Below are positions 38,579 through 50,817 of a stretch of DNA of 64,000 nucleotides, piece after piece; within the stretch, counting starts at the first letter, position 1, and the number at the start of each line of letters is the position of its first letter. Location: assembly GCF_963921235.1 (NCBI RefSeq), contig NC_086103.1, positions 116,808,001 to 116,872,000 on the forward strand, read 5' to 3'. The stretch is from Mobula hypostoma (lineage: Eukaryota). Below the pieces are notes generated by a model that worked only from the letters and a program-made list of their open reading frames with translations, made no database searches and was not told the origin of the DNA. The position numbers and the translations under genes are program-made.

Positions 38579-39595
38579 AGGTACACAAATGATCCGGTGG
38601 AAAGTTCTGCTCCCAGTATTTGGAGATAAAAAAATATTCACAGCTAAATGATCATCTTCCAAGGGATCCACACAGAGAATTGGCTTGATGCTGTAGAGTA
38701 TAAAGGGCAGTTACACTCAACAGCATCAAGGCAATAGTCCTTTTACAGAATACAGAAGTTGTATTTGTAGTATTTCATTCCATTAAAAATTTCATACAAT
38801 ACCTTAAGTCATTTGATTTGTAATGATTGTATTTTAAAAAACATAGAAACATAGAAAACCTACAGCACAATACAGGCCCTTCAGCCCATGATGCTGTGCC
38901 GAACACGTCCTTACGTTAGAAATTACCTAGGGTTACCCATAGCCCTCTATTTTTCTGAGCTCCATGCACCTGTCCAGGAGTCTCTTAAAAGACCGTATCG
39001 TTTCCACCTCAACCACCACCGCCAGCAGCCCATTCCACGCACTCACCACTCTCTGTATAAAAAAAAACTTATCCCTGACACCTCCTCTGTACCTACTTCG
39101 AAGCATCTTAAAACTGTGCCCTCCTGTGCTAGCCATTTCAGCCCTGGGAAAAAGCCTCTGGCTATCCACATGATCAATGCCCCTCATCATTTTGTACACC
39201 TCTATCAGGTCACCTCTCATCCTCCGTCGCTCCAAGGAGAAAAGGCCGAGTTCACTCAACCTATTCTCATAAGTCATGCCCCCCAACCCAGGCAACATCC
39301 TTGTAAATCTCCTCTGCACCCTTTCTAGTTTCCACATCCCTCCTGCAATGGGGTGACAAGAACAGAGCACAGTACTCCAAGTGGGGTCTGACCAGGGTCC
39401 TATATAGCTTTAACATTACCTCTCAGCTCTTGAACTCAATCCCACAGTTGCTGAAGGCCAATATATCGTATGTCTTCTTAACCACACAGTCAACCTGCAC
39501 AGCAGCTTTGAGTGTCCTATGGACCCCAAGATCCCTCTGATCCTCCACACTGCCAAGAGTCTTACCATTAATACTATATTCTGCCATCATATTTA

Positions 39596-40088
39596 TAGTC
39601 ATACTTTAGTGATCCCGAGGGAAATTGGTTTTCGTTACAGTTGCACCTTAAATAACTAAATAGTGATAAAACCATAAATAATTAAATAGTAATATGTAAA
39701 TTATGCCAGGAAATAAGTCCAGGACCAGCCTATTGGCTCAGGGTGTCTGACCCTCCAAGGGAGGAGTTGTAAAGTTTGATGGCCACAGGCAGGAATGACT
39801 TCCTATGACGCTCTGTGTTGCATCTCGGTGGAATGAGTCTCTGGCTGAATGTACTCCTGTGCCCAACCAGTCCATTATGTACTGGATGGGAGAAATTGTC
39901 CAAGATGGCATGCAACTTAGACAGCATCCTCTTTTCAGACACCACCATTAGAGAGTCCAGTTCCATCCCCACAACATCACTGGCCTTATGAATGAGTTTG
40001 TTGATTCTGTTGGTGTCTGCTACCCTCAGCCTGCTGCCCCAGCACACAACAACAAACATGATCGCACTGGCCACCACAGACTTGCAGA
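39596..40088 (-). mobile_element. Rex1/Babar 3' fragment nested in CR1
   Basis: SVVASAIMF...RHRKSFLPVAIKLYNSS, near-identical to the 3' end of the 42763-43809 ORF; the CR1 sequence catcatattt|gacctacc is split around it. Confidence 0.9.
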
Positions 40089-41966
40089 CTGACCTACCAA
40101 AATGAACCACCTCACACTTATCTGGGTTGAACTCATCTGCCACTTCTCAGCCCAGTTTTGCATCCTATCAATGTCCTGCTGTAACCTTTGACAGCCCTCC
40201 ACAACTATCCACAACACCCCCAATCTTTGTGTCATCCTTCCACTTCCTCATCAAGGTCATTTATAAAAATCATGAACAGAAATTGTCCCAGAACAGATCC
40301 CTGAGGCACACCACTGGTCACCAACCTTCATGCAGAATATCACCTGTCTACAACCACTCTTTGCCTTCTGTGTGCAAGCCAAATTCTGGATCCACAAAGC
40401 AAGGTCCCCTTGGATCCCTTGCCTCTGACCTTCTCAATGAGCCTTGTATGGGGTACCTTATCAAGTGCCTTGCTGAAATCCATATATAATACATCTACTG
40501 CTCTACCTTCATCAATGTGCTCAGTCACAACCTCAAAAATTAGTGAATCAGGCTCGTAAGGCATGACCTGCCTTTGACAAAGTCATGCTGGCTATTCCTA
40601 AACATATTATGGCCCTCCAAATGTTCATAAGTCCTGCCTCTCAAGATCTTCTTCATCAACTTACCAACCACTGAAGTAAGACTCACTGGTCTATAATTTC
40701 ATGGGCTATCCCTACTCCCTTTCTTGAATAAGGGAACGACATCCGCAACTCTCTAATCCTCCCGAACCTCTCCCGTCCCCATTGACGATGCATAGATTAT
40801 CACCAGAGGCTCAGCAATCTCTTCACTCACCTCCCACAGTAGCCTGGGGTACATCTCATCCAGTCCTGGAGACTTATCCAACTTGATGCTTTCCAAAAGC
40901 TCCAGCACGTCTTCTTCCTTAATATCTACATGCTCAAGCTTTTCAGTCCACTGTAAGTCATCCCTACAATCACCAAGATCCTTTTCTGTAGTGAATACTG
41001 AAGCAAAGTATTCATTATGTACCTCTGCTATCTCCTCCAGTTCCAAACACACTTTTCCACTGTCACACTTGATTGGTCCCATTCTTTCATATCTTATCCT
41101 CCTGCTCTTCACATACCTGTAGAATGCCTTGGGGTTTTCCTTAAACCTGTTCACCAGGTCCTTCTCATGGCCCCTTCTGGATCTCCTAATTTCATTTTTA
41201 TGCTCCTTCCACTCGCCTTATAATCTTCTAGATCTCTATCATTACCTAGTTTTTTGAAACTTTCGTAAGCTTTTCTCTTCTTCTTGACTAGATTTTCAAC
41301 AGCCTTTGTACACCACGGTTCCTGTACCCTGCCATAACCTTCCTGTCTCATTGGAACATACCTATGCAGAACTCCACGCAAATATCTCCTGAACATTTAC
41401 CAATTTCTACCGTACATTTCCCTGAGAACATCTGTTCCCAATTTATGCTTCCAAGTTCCTGCCTGATAGCTTCATATTTCCCCTTACTCCAATTAAATGC
41501 TTTTCTAACCTGTCTGTTCCTATCCCTCTCCAATGCTATAGTAAAGGAGATAGAATTATGATCACTATCTCCAAAATGCTCTCCCACTGACAGACCTGAC
41601 ACCTGACCAAGTTCATTTCCCAATACCAGATCAAGTACAGCCTCTCCTCTTGTAGGCTTATCTACATAGTGTCAAGAAACCTTCCTGAACACACCTAACA
41701 AACTCCACCCCACCTAAACCCCTCACTCTAGGGAGATGCTAATCAATATTTGGGAAATTAAAATCTCCCATCACGAGAACCCTATTATTATTGCACCATT
41801 CCAGAATCTGTCTCCCTATTTGCTCCTCGATGTCCTTGTTATGACTGGGTGGTCTATAAAACACCCAGTAGAGTTATTGACCCCTTCTTGTTTCTAACTT
41901 CCACCCACAGAGACTCAGTAGACAATCCCTCATGACTTCCTCCTTTTCTGCAGCCACGACACTATA

Positions 41967-44319
41967 GGCTGATTTATACTTATGCGTAGGCTCTACGCCG
42001 TAGCCTATGCAAGTGGCTTACGCCATTGTGAGCATTTATACTTGTGCATTGGTGTGTCTGCATCACTCTGTAATTCACCGCCAAAACACTAGTTGGCCAT
42101 GGGGCTTCTATGCCACAGTGTTGAGTTTCTTTGTGTGGACAGGGCCAACGAACTTAACCTGTTCTTTAACAGATTTGACATTGTGACCCCTGCCCATCCC
42201 CCACATGAGCCATCTGCTGTTGGCCCCCAACCAACACATATTCCACTCTCCTCTCCTACCCCTCCTCACAGTCCCCCACCCTGCTCTCATGACTATACCC
42301 CTCCCCCACACGAAACCACCATGGTGGGCTTCACAGCTGAACAGGTGAGAAGACAGCTGGAACGTCTCAACCCAAGCAAGGCTGCAGGACCGGATGGTGT
42401 TGGTACCAGGGTGCTCAAAGCCTGTGCCCCTCAGCTTGTGGAGTACTTCGCCATGTCTTCAACATGAGCCTAAGGCTCCGGAGGGTTCCTGTACTGTGGA
42501 AGACGTCCTGCCTCGTCCCTGTGCCGAAGACGCCACGCCCCAGACGCCGCGCCCCAGCGGCCTCAATGACTACAGACCAGTGGCATTGACCTCCCATATC
42601 ATGAAGAACTTGGAGAGACTTGTTCTGGAGCTGCTCCGGCCTATCGTCAGGCCACACTTAGATCCCTTCCAGTTCGCCTAACAGCCCCGACTAGGAGTTG
42701 AGGATGCCATCGTCTACCTGCTGAACCGTGTCTACGCCCACCTGGACAAGCCAGCGAGTACTGTGAGGGTCATGTTTTTTGTCTTCTCCAGTGCGTTCAA
42801 CACCATCCGCCCTGCTCTGCTGGGGGAGAAGCTGACAGCGATGCAGGTGGATGCTTCCCTGGTATCATGGATTCTTGATTACCTGACTGGCAGACCACAG
42901 TATGTGTGCTTGCAACACTGTGTGTCCGACAGAGTGATCAGCAGCACTGGGGCTCCACAGGGGACTGTCTTGTCTCCCTTTCTCTTCACCATTTACACCT
43001 CAGACTTCAACTACTGCACAGAGTCTTGCCATCTTCAGAAGTTTTCGGATGACTCTGCCATAGTTGGATGCATCAGCAAGGGAGATGGGGTTGAGTACAG
43101 GGAGACGGTAGGAAACTTTGTCACATGGTGTGAGCAGAATTATCTGCAGCTTAATGTGAAAAAGACTAAGGAGCTGGTGGTAGACCTGAGGAGAGCGAAG
43201 GTACCGGTGACCCCTGTTTCCATCCAGGGGGTCAGTGTGGACATGGTGGAGGATTACAAATACCTGGGGATACGAATTGACAATAAACTGGACTGGTCAA
43301 AGAACACTGAGGCTGTCTACAAGAAGGGTCAGAGCCGCCTCTATTTCCTGAGGAGACTGAGGTCCTTTAACATCTGTTGGACGATGCTGAGGATGTTCTA
43401 CGAGTCTGTGGTGGCCAGTGCTATCATGTTTGCTGTTGTGTGCTGGGGCAGCAGGCTGAGGGTAGCAGACACCAACAGAATCAACAAACTCATTCGTAAG
43501 GCCAGTGATGTTGTAGGGATGGAACTGGACTCTCTCACTGTGGTGTCTGAAAAGAGGATGCTGTCTAAGTTGCATGCCATCTTGGTCAATGTCTCCCATC
43601 CACTACATAATGTACTGGGTGGGCACAGGAGTACATTCAGCCAGAGACTCATTCCTCCGAGATGCAGCACAGAGCGTCATAGGAAGTCATTCCTGCCTGT
43701 GGCCATCAAACTTTACAACTCCTCCCTTGGAGGGTCAGACACCCTGTCGATAGGCTGGTCCTGGACTTATTTCATAATTTACTGGCATAATTTACATATT
43801 ACTATTTAACTATTTATGGTTCTATTACTATTTATTATTTATGGTGCAACTGTAACGAAAACCAATTTCCTCTGGGATCAATAAAGTATGACTATGACTA
43901 AACAATGGCGACTGAAACTGAGCGCATCATGTTGGAGTTGGAGCTAATAAATGTTGAACAAGAGTTACTATTATTGAAATTACTGCAACGTAGAAAAGAG
44001 AGAAGACATCAGAGGAGATGGTGTGTACGACCACTGAACGGATTGAGGCAGAAGGAGGGTGAATTTTCTGTGCTTGTCCAACCACTGAGAGACATGGATG
44101 AGGAAATGCATTTCAAATATTTTCGGATGTCGGCAGGTAGATTTGACGACTTGACGAGAAGTAGCAACTGGAAATGCGCAGGAGAATATGCAATGCTACC
44201 AAGTGGACCAATCACAGTTGTTGCAGTCTGTGTCGCCACGACACGTAGTTACATTTTTGGGGAGGTGCGCGTCAGGCTACTGCTATGCCATACCTACGGC
44301 GTAGATTCAACGCAGAAGT
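41967..44319 (+). mobile_element. PIF/Harbinger deletion derivative nested in CR1
   Basis: Left TIR ggctgatttatacttatgcgt with partial right TIR acgcagaagt; transposase N-terminal remnant RRWCVRP...EFSVLV...HFKYFRMSAGRFDDL (43905-44150). Confidence 0.75.
42115..43898 (+). mobile_element. Young Rex1/Babar LINE (5'-truncated) nested in Harbinger
   Basis: 348-aa open RT C-terminal ORF 42763-43809 (SSAFNTI, GAPQGTVLSP, KFSDD); AATAAA and (TATGAC)n tail at about 43880-43898. Confidence 0.93.
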
Positions 44320-46639
44320 GTCACGTCCCCACCTTTTTTACATCCCTTCCTGTCCTTTCTGAAACATCTAAGGTTTGGCACTCTAAGTAGCCATTCCTGC
44401 CCCTGAGCCATCCAAGTCTCTGTAATGGCCACAACATCATCGCTCCAAGTACTGATCCATGCTCTGAGCTCATCTGCTTTGTTCATGATACTCCTTGCAT
44501 TAAAATAGACATATCTCAAACCATCAGTCTGAGCGCATCACCTTCTCTATCACCTGCCTATCCTTCCTTTCACACTGCCTACAAGTTTTCTCTATTTGTG
44601 AGCTAACCGCCCCTTCCTCTGTCTCTTCAGTTCGGTTCCTACACCCCGCCCCCCAGTAATTCAAGTTTAAACTCTCCCCTATAGCCTTTGCAAACCTCCT
44701 CGCCAGGATATTGGTCCCCCGCAGATTCGAGTGCAACCCGTCCTTTATGTACAGGTCACACCTGCCCCAAAAGAGGTCCCAATGATCCAAAAATCTGAAT
44801 CCCTGCCCCCTGCTCCAATCCCTCAGCCACACATTTATCCTCCACCTCACTCTATTCCTATACTCACTGTCACATGACACAGGCAATAATCCCAAGATTA
44901 CTACCCTTGTGGTCCTGCTTCTCAGCTTCTTTCCAAACTCCCTGTAGTCTGTTTTCAGGACCCCCTCCCTTTTTCTACCTATGTCGTTGGTACCAATATG
45001 TACCACGACCTCTGGCTGTTCACCTTCCCACTTCAGGATATTGTGGATGCAATCAAAACATCCTGTACCCTGGCACCTGGGAGGCAAACTATCATCCGTG
45101 TTTATTTCCTGCATCCACGGAATTGCCTGTCTGACCCCCTAACTATAGAGTCCCCTATCACTGCTGCCATCCCCTTCCTTTTCCTGCCCTTCTGAGCCAC
45201 AGGACCAGACCCTGTGCTAGAGGCGCAGCCACTGTTGCTTCCCCCAGGTAGGTCATTCCCCCCCAACAGTACTCGAGTACTTATTGTCAAGGAGTACAGT
45301 CACTGGGGTAATCTTTAGTATCTGACTCTTGCCCTTCCCTCTCCTGACTGTTACTTACTTACCTGTCTCCCGAGGCCCCGGTGTGACTACCCGCCTATAG
45401 CTCCTCTCTATCACCTCCTCACTCCCTGACCAGATGAAGGTCATCGAGCTGCATCTCCAGTTCCCTAATGCAGTCCCTAAGGAGCAGCAGCTCGACACAT
45501 CTGACACCCAGTACAGAACACCAGCCCCACAGACATACTTCCTATTCCTATTCTTCACAAGTAACTTACCCCACCTCGACCGGTTATCACCGAAGCCCCT
45601 TTGAGCCAAAGCCCTCCTACTCTGACTCCCACTCTCTGGCGCCTGCTCTAAGCTGTCTTTTTTTAATTCTTCCCACTAGTCTAACTCGCTGATGTCCACG
45701 CACCTGCGCAGTTGTGCCTCGATTTATGCCAGTTATTTGGTTTTAATAAACTTTTTAAAAGTGTTTAGAGTTGTGTTACACTGTGAGCGTTAGCTTATTT
45801 TCCCCACCTGAATGGGTTCAGGCTGAGCACTGACAATGGCTATAGAAAACGATCTAAGGAAGACTACTAGTGCCTGAGGAGCAATGTTACTTAAAGGCCA
45901 TGACTTGGGGTTATCACTTTTTTATCTGCAGCTTTATAATTGTGACGATGAGATGCTTGTTCCTTGTTCAATAACCTTAGCATGAAGCAACACATTTGTA
46001 TCAAGGGCTGAATAGTTATTCATTATCTACATCCTATCAGCAGATGTGCATGACTGGAATACCTTGCTTCTTGCAGTTTTAAATTTGCTGTTAGAGTGCA
46101 TGGCAAGAGTTCAGTTGTAGAAGTAGAAACAGGCCAGGGGAGCATAACCCTCCTAGAATTCTGCACATTCTTTACAAGATCTGTACAGAGTTTTCTCACT
46201 TATGGCAAACCTTGTGCGTTGTGATCATTTTATCATCCCACACACACCAACAGATAGTCTCATAGAAAATACACACAGAGCCCAACAAGGAATTGTGAAA
46301 ATTATACCACTGTTAACGGAAAAGGTACGGTTTTCAGAAACACTTTCTGTGCCTGAACGCAATCAGTAACATTTTAACAATAGTAGTCAAACACAATGAC
46401 AAACTTGCAAGAACCAGCTCAACAGTGATGACTTCAGGAAGTTTGAGACATACTTAGGTCTCACACATCGCAATACTTTGCTGGCCGTGCACCATGATGA
46501 AGTGTAGAGGTTAACACTAAAGAAAGTTATCTGTGTTCATGCCATAGCCAAATGACAGAAGTAATAATTTGACTTGCTTCTTACGTAACTACAGAAGAGC
46601 TTCATTTTCAACAACAGAAAAGCTGCCAACTATCTATCC

Positions 46640-46992
46640 AGGAGATAGACAATCAACATTTGTGCAAGTGTGATAAAGCCAAGAAAAGTGTTGCAGACTC
46701 AGCCAGCTCCCTCCCAACTATCAAGAATATCTTCAGAAGGCAGTGTCTCAAGAAGGTGCCATCCACCATTCAGGGTGGTGACGTCCATCACTAAGTATCT
46801 CAGCAGCATCTGAGAATGTCTGGCACTGACAAACATTCCATGGTCAAAGTCACTTAGATCACATTTCTTCCCATTCTGATATGTGGTCTGAACAATATCT
46901 TGATCATGTCCGCATGCCATTATGCATTGAGTTGCTGTTACATGATTGACTGATTAGATATCTGCATTAACGAGCAAGTGTACAGGTGTACA
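46640..46992. mobile_element. Rex-like LINE fragment adjoining a Tc1-like fragment
   Basis: ggtcaaagtcacttagatcacatttcttcccattctgat...catgattgactgattagata is the reverse complement of the Tc1-like element at 63510-63668. Confidence 0.55.
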
Positions 46993-47846
46993 CTGGATGT
47001 ATTTAGTGGCTTGGCTCCCATTGTCTTCACCCATGGGTTCAATGCGCTCTGGATGAAAACATTTCTGTTAATATATCCTGAAACTGTTACTTGTAGCTCT
47101 AGACCCCCGGCCAGGGGAAATATCCTCCCTGTATCCAGTTCACTGTCTCTAAAAATTCATTACATTTCAATTAGATCTCTTATTTTTATTAATGCAAGTC
47201 TACTCAACCTGTTTTCTCTTCAGATGGGAATCCCACCATTGCATTCCCTCAATGGCAAAGCGAGACAAAATACTCCAAGTATGGTCTCATCAAAACTCTG
47301 TATAATTGTGGATAAGAACCACATAAAATTGTATTTATGTTATGAACTGCAGCTGACAGTGTGTAACTGGTGCAACAAGAACAACGGTAAACTTGCCTTG
47401 CGGCACACATTGTCCTTTGAACAAGTCCCTCACTGTCTCATATGGATATCTTTTTACAGATAATTCCCTGTGGTGCACCTGATTGACGTCTGAAGGGTTG
47501 CAAGAAGAAAACAAACTACTTCTCTAAAATAATTTTTCAGGCAATAGCTAACTTTAACTTTCAATAAATACCAGCCATTTTGGGAAATTTTAAATTTCCA
47601 GAAGGCATTTCAGTCAGCATCACGATGGCTACTGAACTCCTGATCCTATAGAACCTTTCTAATGCAAAAATCTAAATCTCCAAAACTAAATTGAATCTCA
47701 ATTTCAATTTTTTCCCTGTATTTACATATCAAAATTTTAAAATGCAAAAAAATGTGATATACTAGCAAACAGAACTGAAGTGAATACAACAAAATGTATC
47801 TGTAAATGCAAAGCTATCCGTTTTCAAAATGAGTTAGACTCAACAG

Positions 47847-47879
47847 CACACATAAAAGTTGCTGGTGAACAAACGCAGC
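47847..47879 (-). mobile_element. 33-bp Penelope tail insertion with exact 11-bp TSD
   Basis: cacacataaaagttgctggtgaac...cgcagc flanked by agactcaacag at 47836-47846 and 47880-47890. Confidence 0.75.
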
Positions 47880-49189
47880 AGACTCAACAGAATGTGCAAA
47901 TATGGTGAGGTGTGTTGCAAGAACGTACTTGAAAAAACCGATTGAGTAATCTCAGAAATCTTAAACTGCAGATCAGTTTCAGAAACAGAATTGAATGTCA
48001 AATGTTTTTGTACAATTCCCGTTCATGATTACTTTGTTCCAAAATACAAAACATTTAGGAAGATGACCAAGAAATTCTGATAGACTGAAGCTGGGTTAAA
48101 TAATTACAGAGCAGCAGATCAGCATTAAGTTTCTATTGTTGACTGTGACTGCAAGTTTAGGGGAAGGGGTTGGTAGCATCTGAATACCATGCTGGTACTA
48201 ATGATCTGCAATGTGATGGTGGCTGAATACCAGGGGCCGCTGATGCTTTGTTGTGAGGGTGGAAATGGTAGCGTTGGCCGGCTTAAGACAAGAGTGGTCA
48301 AGTGAAGCACTATGCCCACAATGCGGTATGTGATGGGTTATGTTAAGGATCATGGGTGGTAAGAGACTGGGCCTCAGGAAACTGTCGAATCATGAGCAGG
48401 TTGGACACCAATCCTAAAGTGGGTGCTGGCAGGACAGGGCCGATTGGAGATGGAAACTGGTGGTAGAACTCTAAGTATAATGGACTTGTCCGGTAGGGGT
48501 TCCAGCTCTGCACTGCACTGACAAACCCAGGTTGCTCCAGCAGCAACATCGAAGGGCGTTTACTGGACAATATGGTCCAGCTTCCCTTCAGAGCTCCAAG
48601 GGGAGTTTCCTATGGGAATAATCCATCTCAGAAAGCAGGAATACAAGCATGGCTCATGACTAGAAGAGTCTTGTGTAACACAACACCATCTGAAAATAGC
48701 TGAAATCATGTTTCACTCCAGAAAAAAAAGTTCTATTTTCCCCAGCATTGTGCAGTTTGAGAGGGTGTCATATGATTGAATTTCTGGACTGTATTGTCCT
48801 TTGTTAGGACGTTCTTCAAAACAACAGCTTTATACACATCCTAACAGTAACATTTTTCACTGCTGGACCATTATACAATTGTCATAGAATTGGACTGTAT
48901 TTTAACAAACTTTTATTTTTAAATTACAGATGGTCTCATTTACAAAAGTTCCTAGATGATGGTACATATAACCCGGAACATGCTTTGGACTTCTCTGGCA
49001 ACGCTTGGGGGAAGATACATGGTAGAATGTGTGGACGGACTGAATTTGTAAGGCATTAGGTATTAGCATGTGTATGGAAGCTTAAACGATGGGTGATAAA
49101 ATGATTGGCATATCGGGGCTTAACATTTGAAGCAAATTTGTAAGGAGGTCCACAATAAAGGTCTAGAACGTTAAACATACACATTTCAG

Positions 49190-49850
49190 CACTTATAACG
49201 GAGCACCTTTTCAAAGAACGTGCTATCACGTACACATAATAGGCGCTTTAATTTCACAAAGATTAGCCGTGCTTTTGTAAACAAAAAGGTGGGGGTGGGT
49301 GACAACCATCCCGCAAAAACGCTCACCCGAAAAAAAACACAAAGCAGTTTCCTGATTTGAAGAAATAACGTTGCAAAAGGCTAAGGGTTTACAAGGACGA
49401 ACGGCTGCCTTTCCGCGGCATCTAACAATGTTTCCATTTATTCCATCTTCTACATACTTATCGTGTTCCAGGTTCTGGTCTGGAAGATTGTTTTCTCCTG
49501 CGGGCGCGTAGTCCCAGACCTCTTCTTTGACTGCGAGGTAATAAACTCGGGTGACAGAATCTGCCAGCTCGTAAAGACTGACGAACAGAAGAACACGGAC
49601 AGGACCCATGCTGTCACTTGCACTGAAACATTGTACAGTACAACTTTCTTTCGCCAGAGCGACACTCAACCAACTCTCACTGAAAGCTCGTCCCCTTTCC
49701 TCGCGTCAGTGGGTCATGTGGCTGTCTGAAATTAGTGAGGCATTGACTGCCACTTGGAAGGGTCAGCCAATCCTTCTGTCTGGGGAGTATGGAATGTGCT
49801 AAAGTGGGTTATTTCAATGTGTTGTCAGTTTCCTGTTGACCAATCATGCA
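49190..49850 (-). promoter_or_regulatory. CpG-enriched promoter/first-exon region of the ferroxidase gene with two CCAAT motifs
   Basis: Visible CpG enrichment at about 49190-49710 in an otherwise CpG-poor window; CCAAT at 49767-49771 and 49840-49844; TSS not determinable. Confidence 0.45.
49458..49609 (-). CDS. HEPHL1: Ferroxidase coding exon 1 (signal peptide + start of cupredoxin domain 1)
   Basis: MGPVRVLLFVSLYELADSVTRVYYLAVKEEVWDYAPAGENNLPDQNLEHD; RxYY..WDYAP motif; donor AA|GTATGT, phase 2. Confidence 0.88.
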
Positions 49851-50817
49851 ACGGCTTTGATTTGTTGAAAGTGGTGATATGATTCATCTTCTTGCATGTA
49901 ATGTGGTAAATTAAACATTTTTAATACAGGATTAGATGTGACTTTAGTTATTACTAAATTTTATCATTTTCCCTTTCAAAATATATTAATTGTGAAAAGT
50001 TATGCAATTGTAAAATGTCTGCCATTTCATTAGTGTACCTGCCTGTGTACCAAAGCAGCTGTGAGACAACTAGAGCCAACAGACTCGCAGGGATGACGGC
50101 AGGGCAGCACTGGCTGGAATTCCTGGAAGAAATTCGGAAGGCACAGGATATATCCAGTACCTGTCAAAGAGGGAGAAGTATTCTAAAGGCAACTGTGGCT
50201 AAAAAGGGAATTCAATGCCAACATAAAGCCAAAGAGAGGGCATATAAGAGAGCAAAAAATTGTGGGAAGTTAGAAGATTGGGAAGCTTTTAAATACCAAC
50301 AGAAGGTAAGTAAAAGAGTCATTAAGAAGGTAAGGATGGAATACAAAAGTAAGCTAGCCAATACTATTAAAGAGCATAGCAGAAATTCCTTCAAATACAT
50401 AAAGTGTAAAAGAGAGGTGAGAGTGGGTACCGGACCACTGGAAAACGATGCTGGAGAAGTAGTAATGGGGGACAAGGAAATGGCAAATGAACTGAATAAT
50501 ATTTTGCATCAGTCTTCACTGTGGAAGATGCTAGCAGTATGGTGGAAGTTCCAGGTGTCAGGGGCCATGAAGTGTGTGGAGTTACCATTACTAGGAAGAA
50601 GGTTCTTGGGAAACTGAAAGATCTCAAGGTAGATAAGTCCCCTGGACCACATGGCGTACACCCCAGAGTTCTGAAAGAGGTGTCTGAAGAGATTGTGGCG
50701 GTATTAGTGACGATCTTTCAAGAATCACTAGATTTTGGAATGGTTCTGGAAGGCTGGAAAATTGTAAATATCACTCCACTCTTCAAGGAAGAAGAAAGGA
50801 AGATTATAGGCCAGTTA

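Larger units (their letters stand above)
38841..45450 (-). mobile_element. Near full-length CR1 LINE (SGNH-esterase ORF1 + degraded ORF2) carrying nested insertions
   Basis: 3' tail acatagaaacatagaaaac at 38841; RT/APE fragments 38933-41960 and 44307-44519 (YFNARSIMNK, ITETW); ORF1 motifs IGDSIVRG, VHIGTND, DGLH at 44524-45290. Confidence 0.92.
2928..49609 (-). other. HEPHL1: Hephaestin-like (HEPHL1/HEPH-type) multicopper ferroxidase gene, 5' part: coding exons 1-12; the gene continues beyond the window start
   Basis: 12 GT-AG exons join in frame (152,245,213,180,255,169,140,132,212,148,213,208 nt), close to the ceruloplasmin/hephaestin exon pattern. Cu motifs HPH, HSH, CQVNDHIKAGM and CRTADHYRAGM are present. 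Met as the domain-2 axial ligand favours HEPH/HEPHL1 over CP; HEPHL1 versus HEPH is not certain without a phylogeny. Confidence 0.88.

Noticed and set aside
43905-44390. 161-aa ATG ORF as a domesticated HARBI1-like gene
   Set aside because: Only the N-terminal part is transposase-like, the DDE core is missing, and the ORF runs into flanking CR1 sequence
49610-49669. Longer N-terminus suggested by ORF 49226-49669
   Set aside because: It starts at a non-ATG codon; the ATG at 49609 gives a normal signal-peptide length and an exon size typical of the family
49610-49695. Possible iron-responsive elements in the 5' UTR (CAGUGC at 49620-49625 and CAGUGA at 49677-49682, minus strand)
   Set aside because: Neither has the unpaired C five base pairs below the loop, and the upper stems are mostly G-U or mismatched
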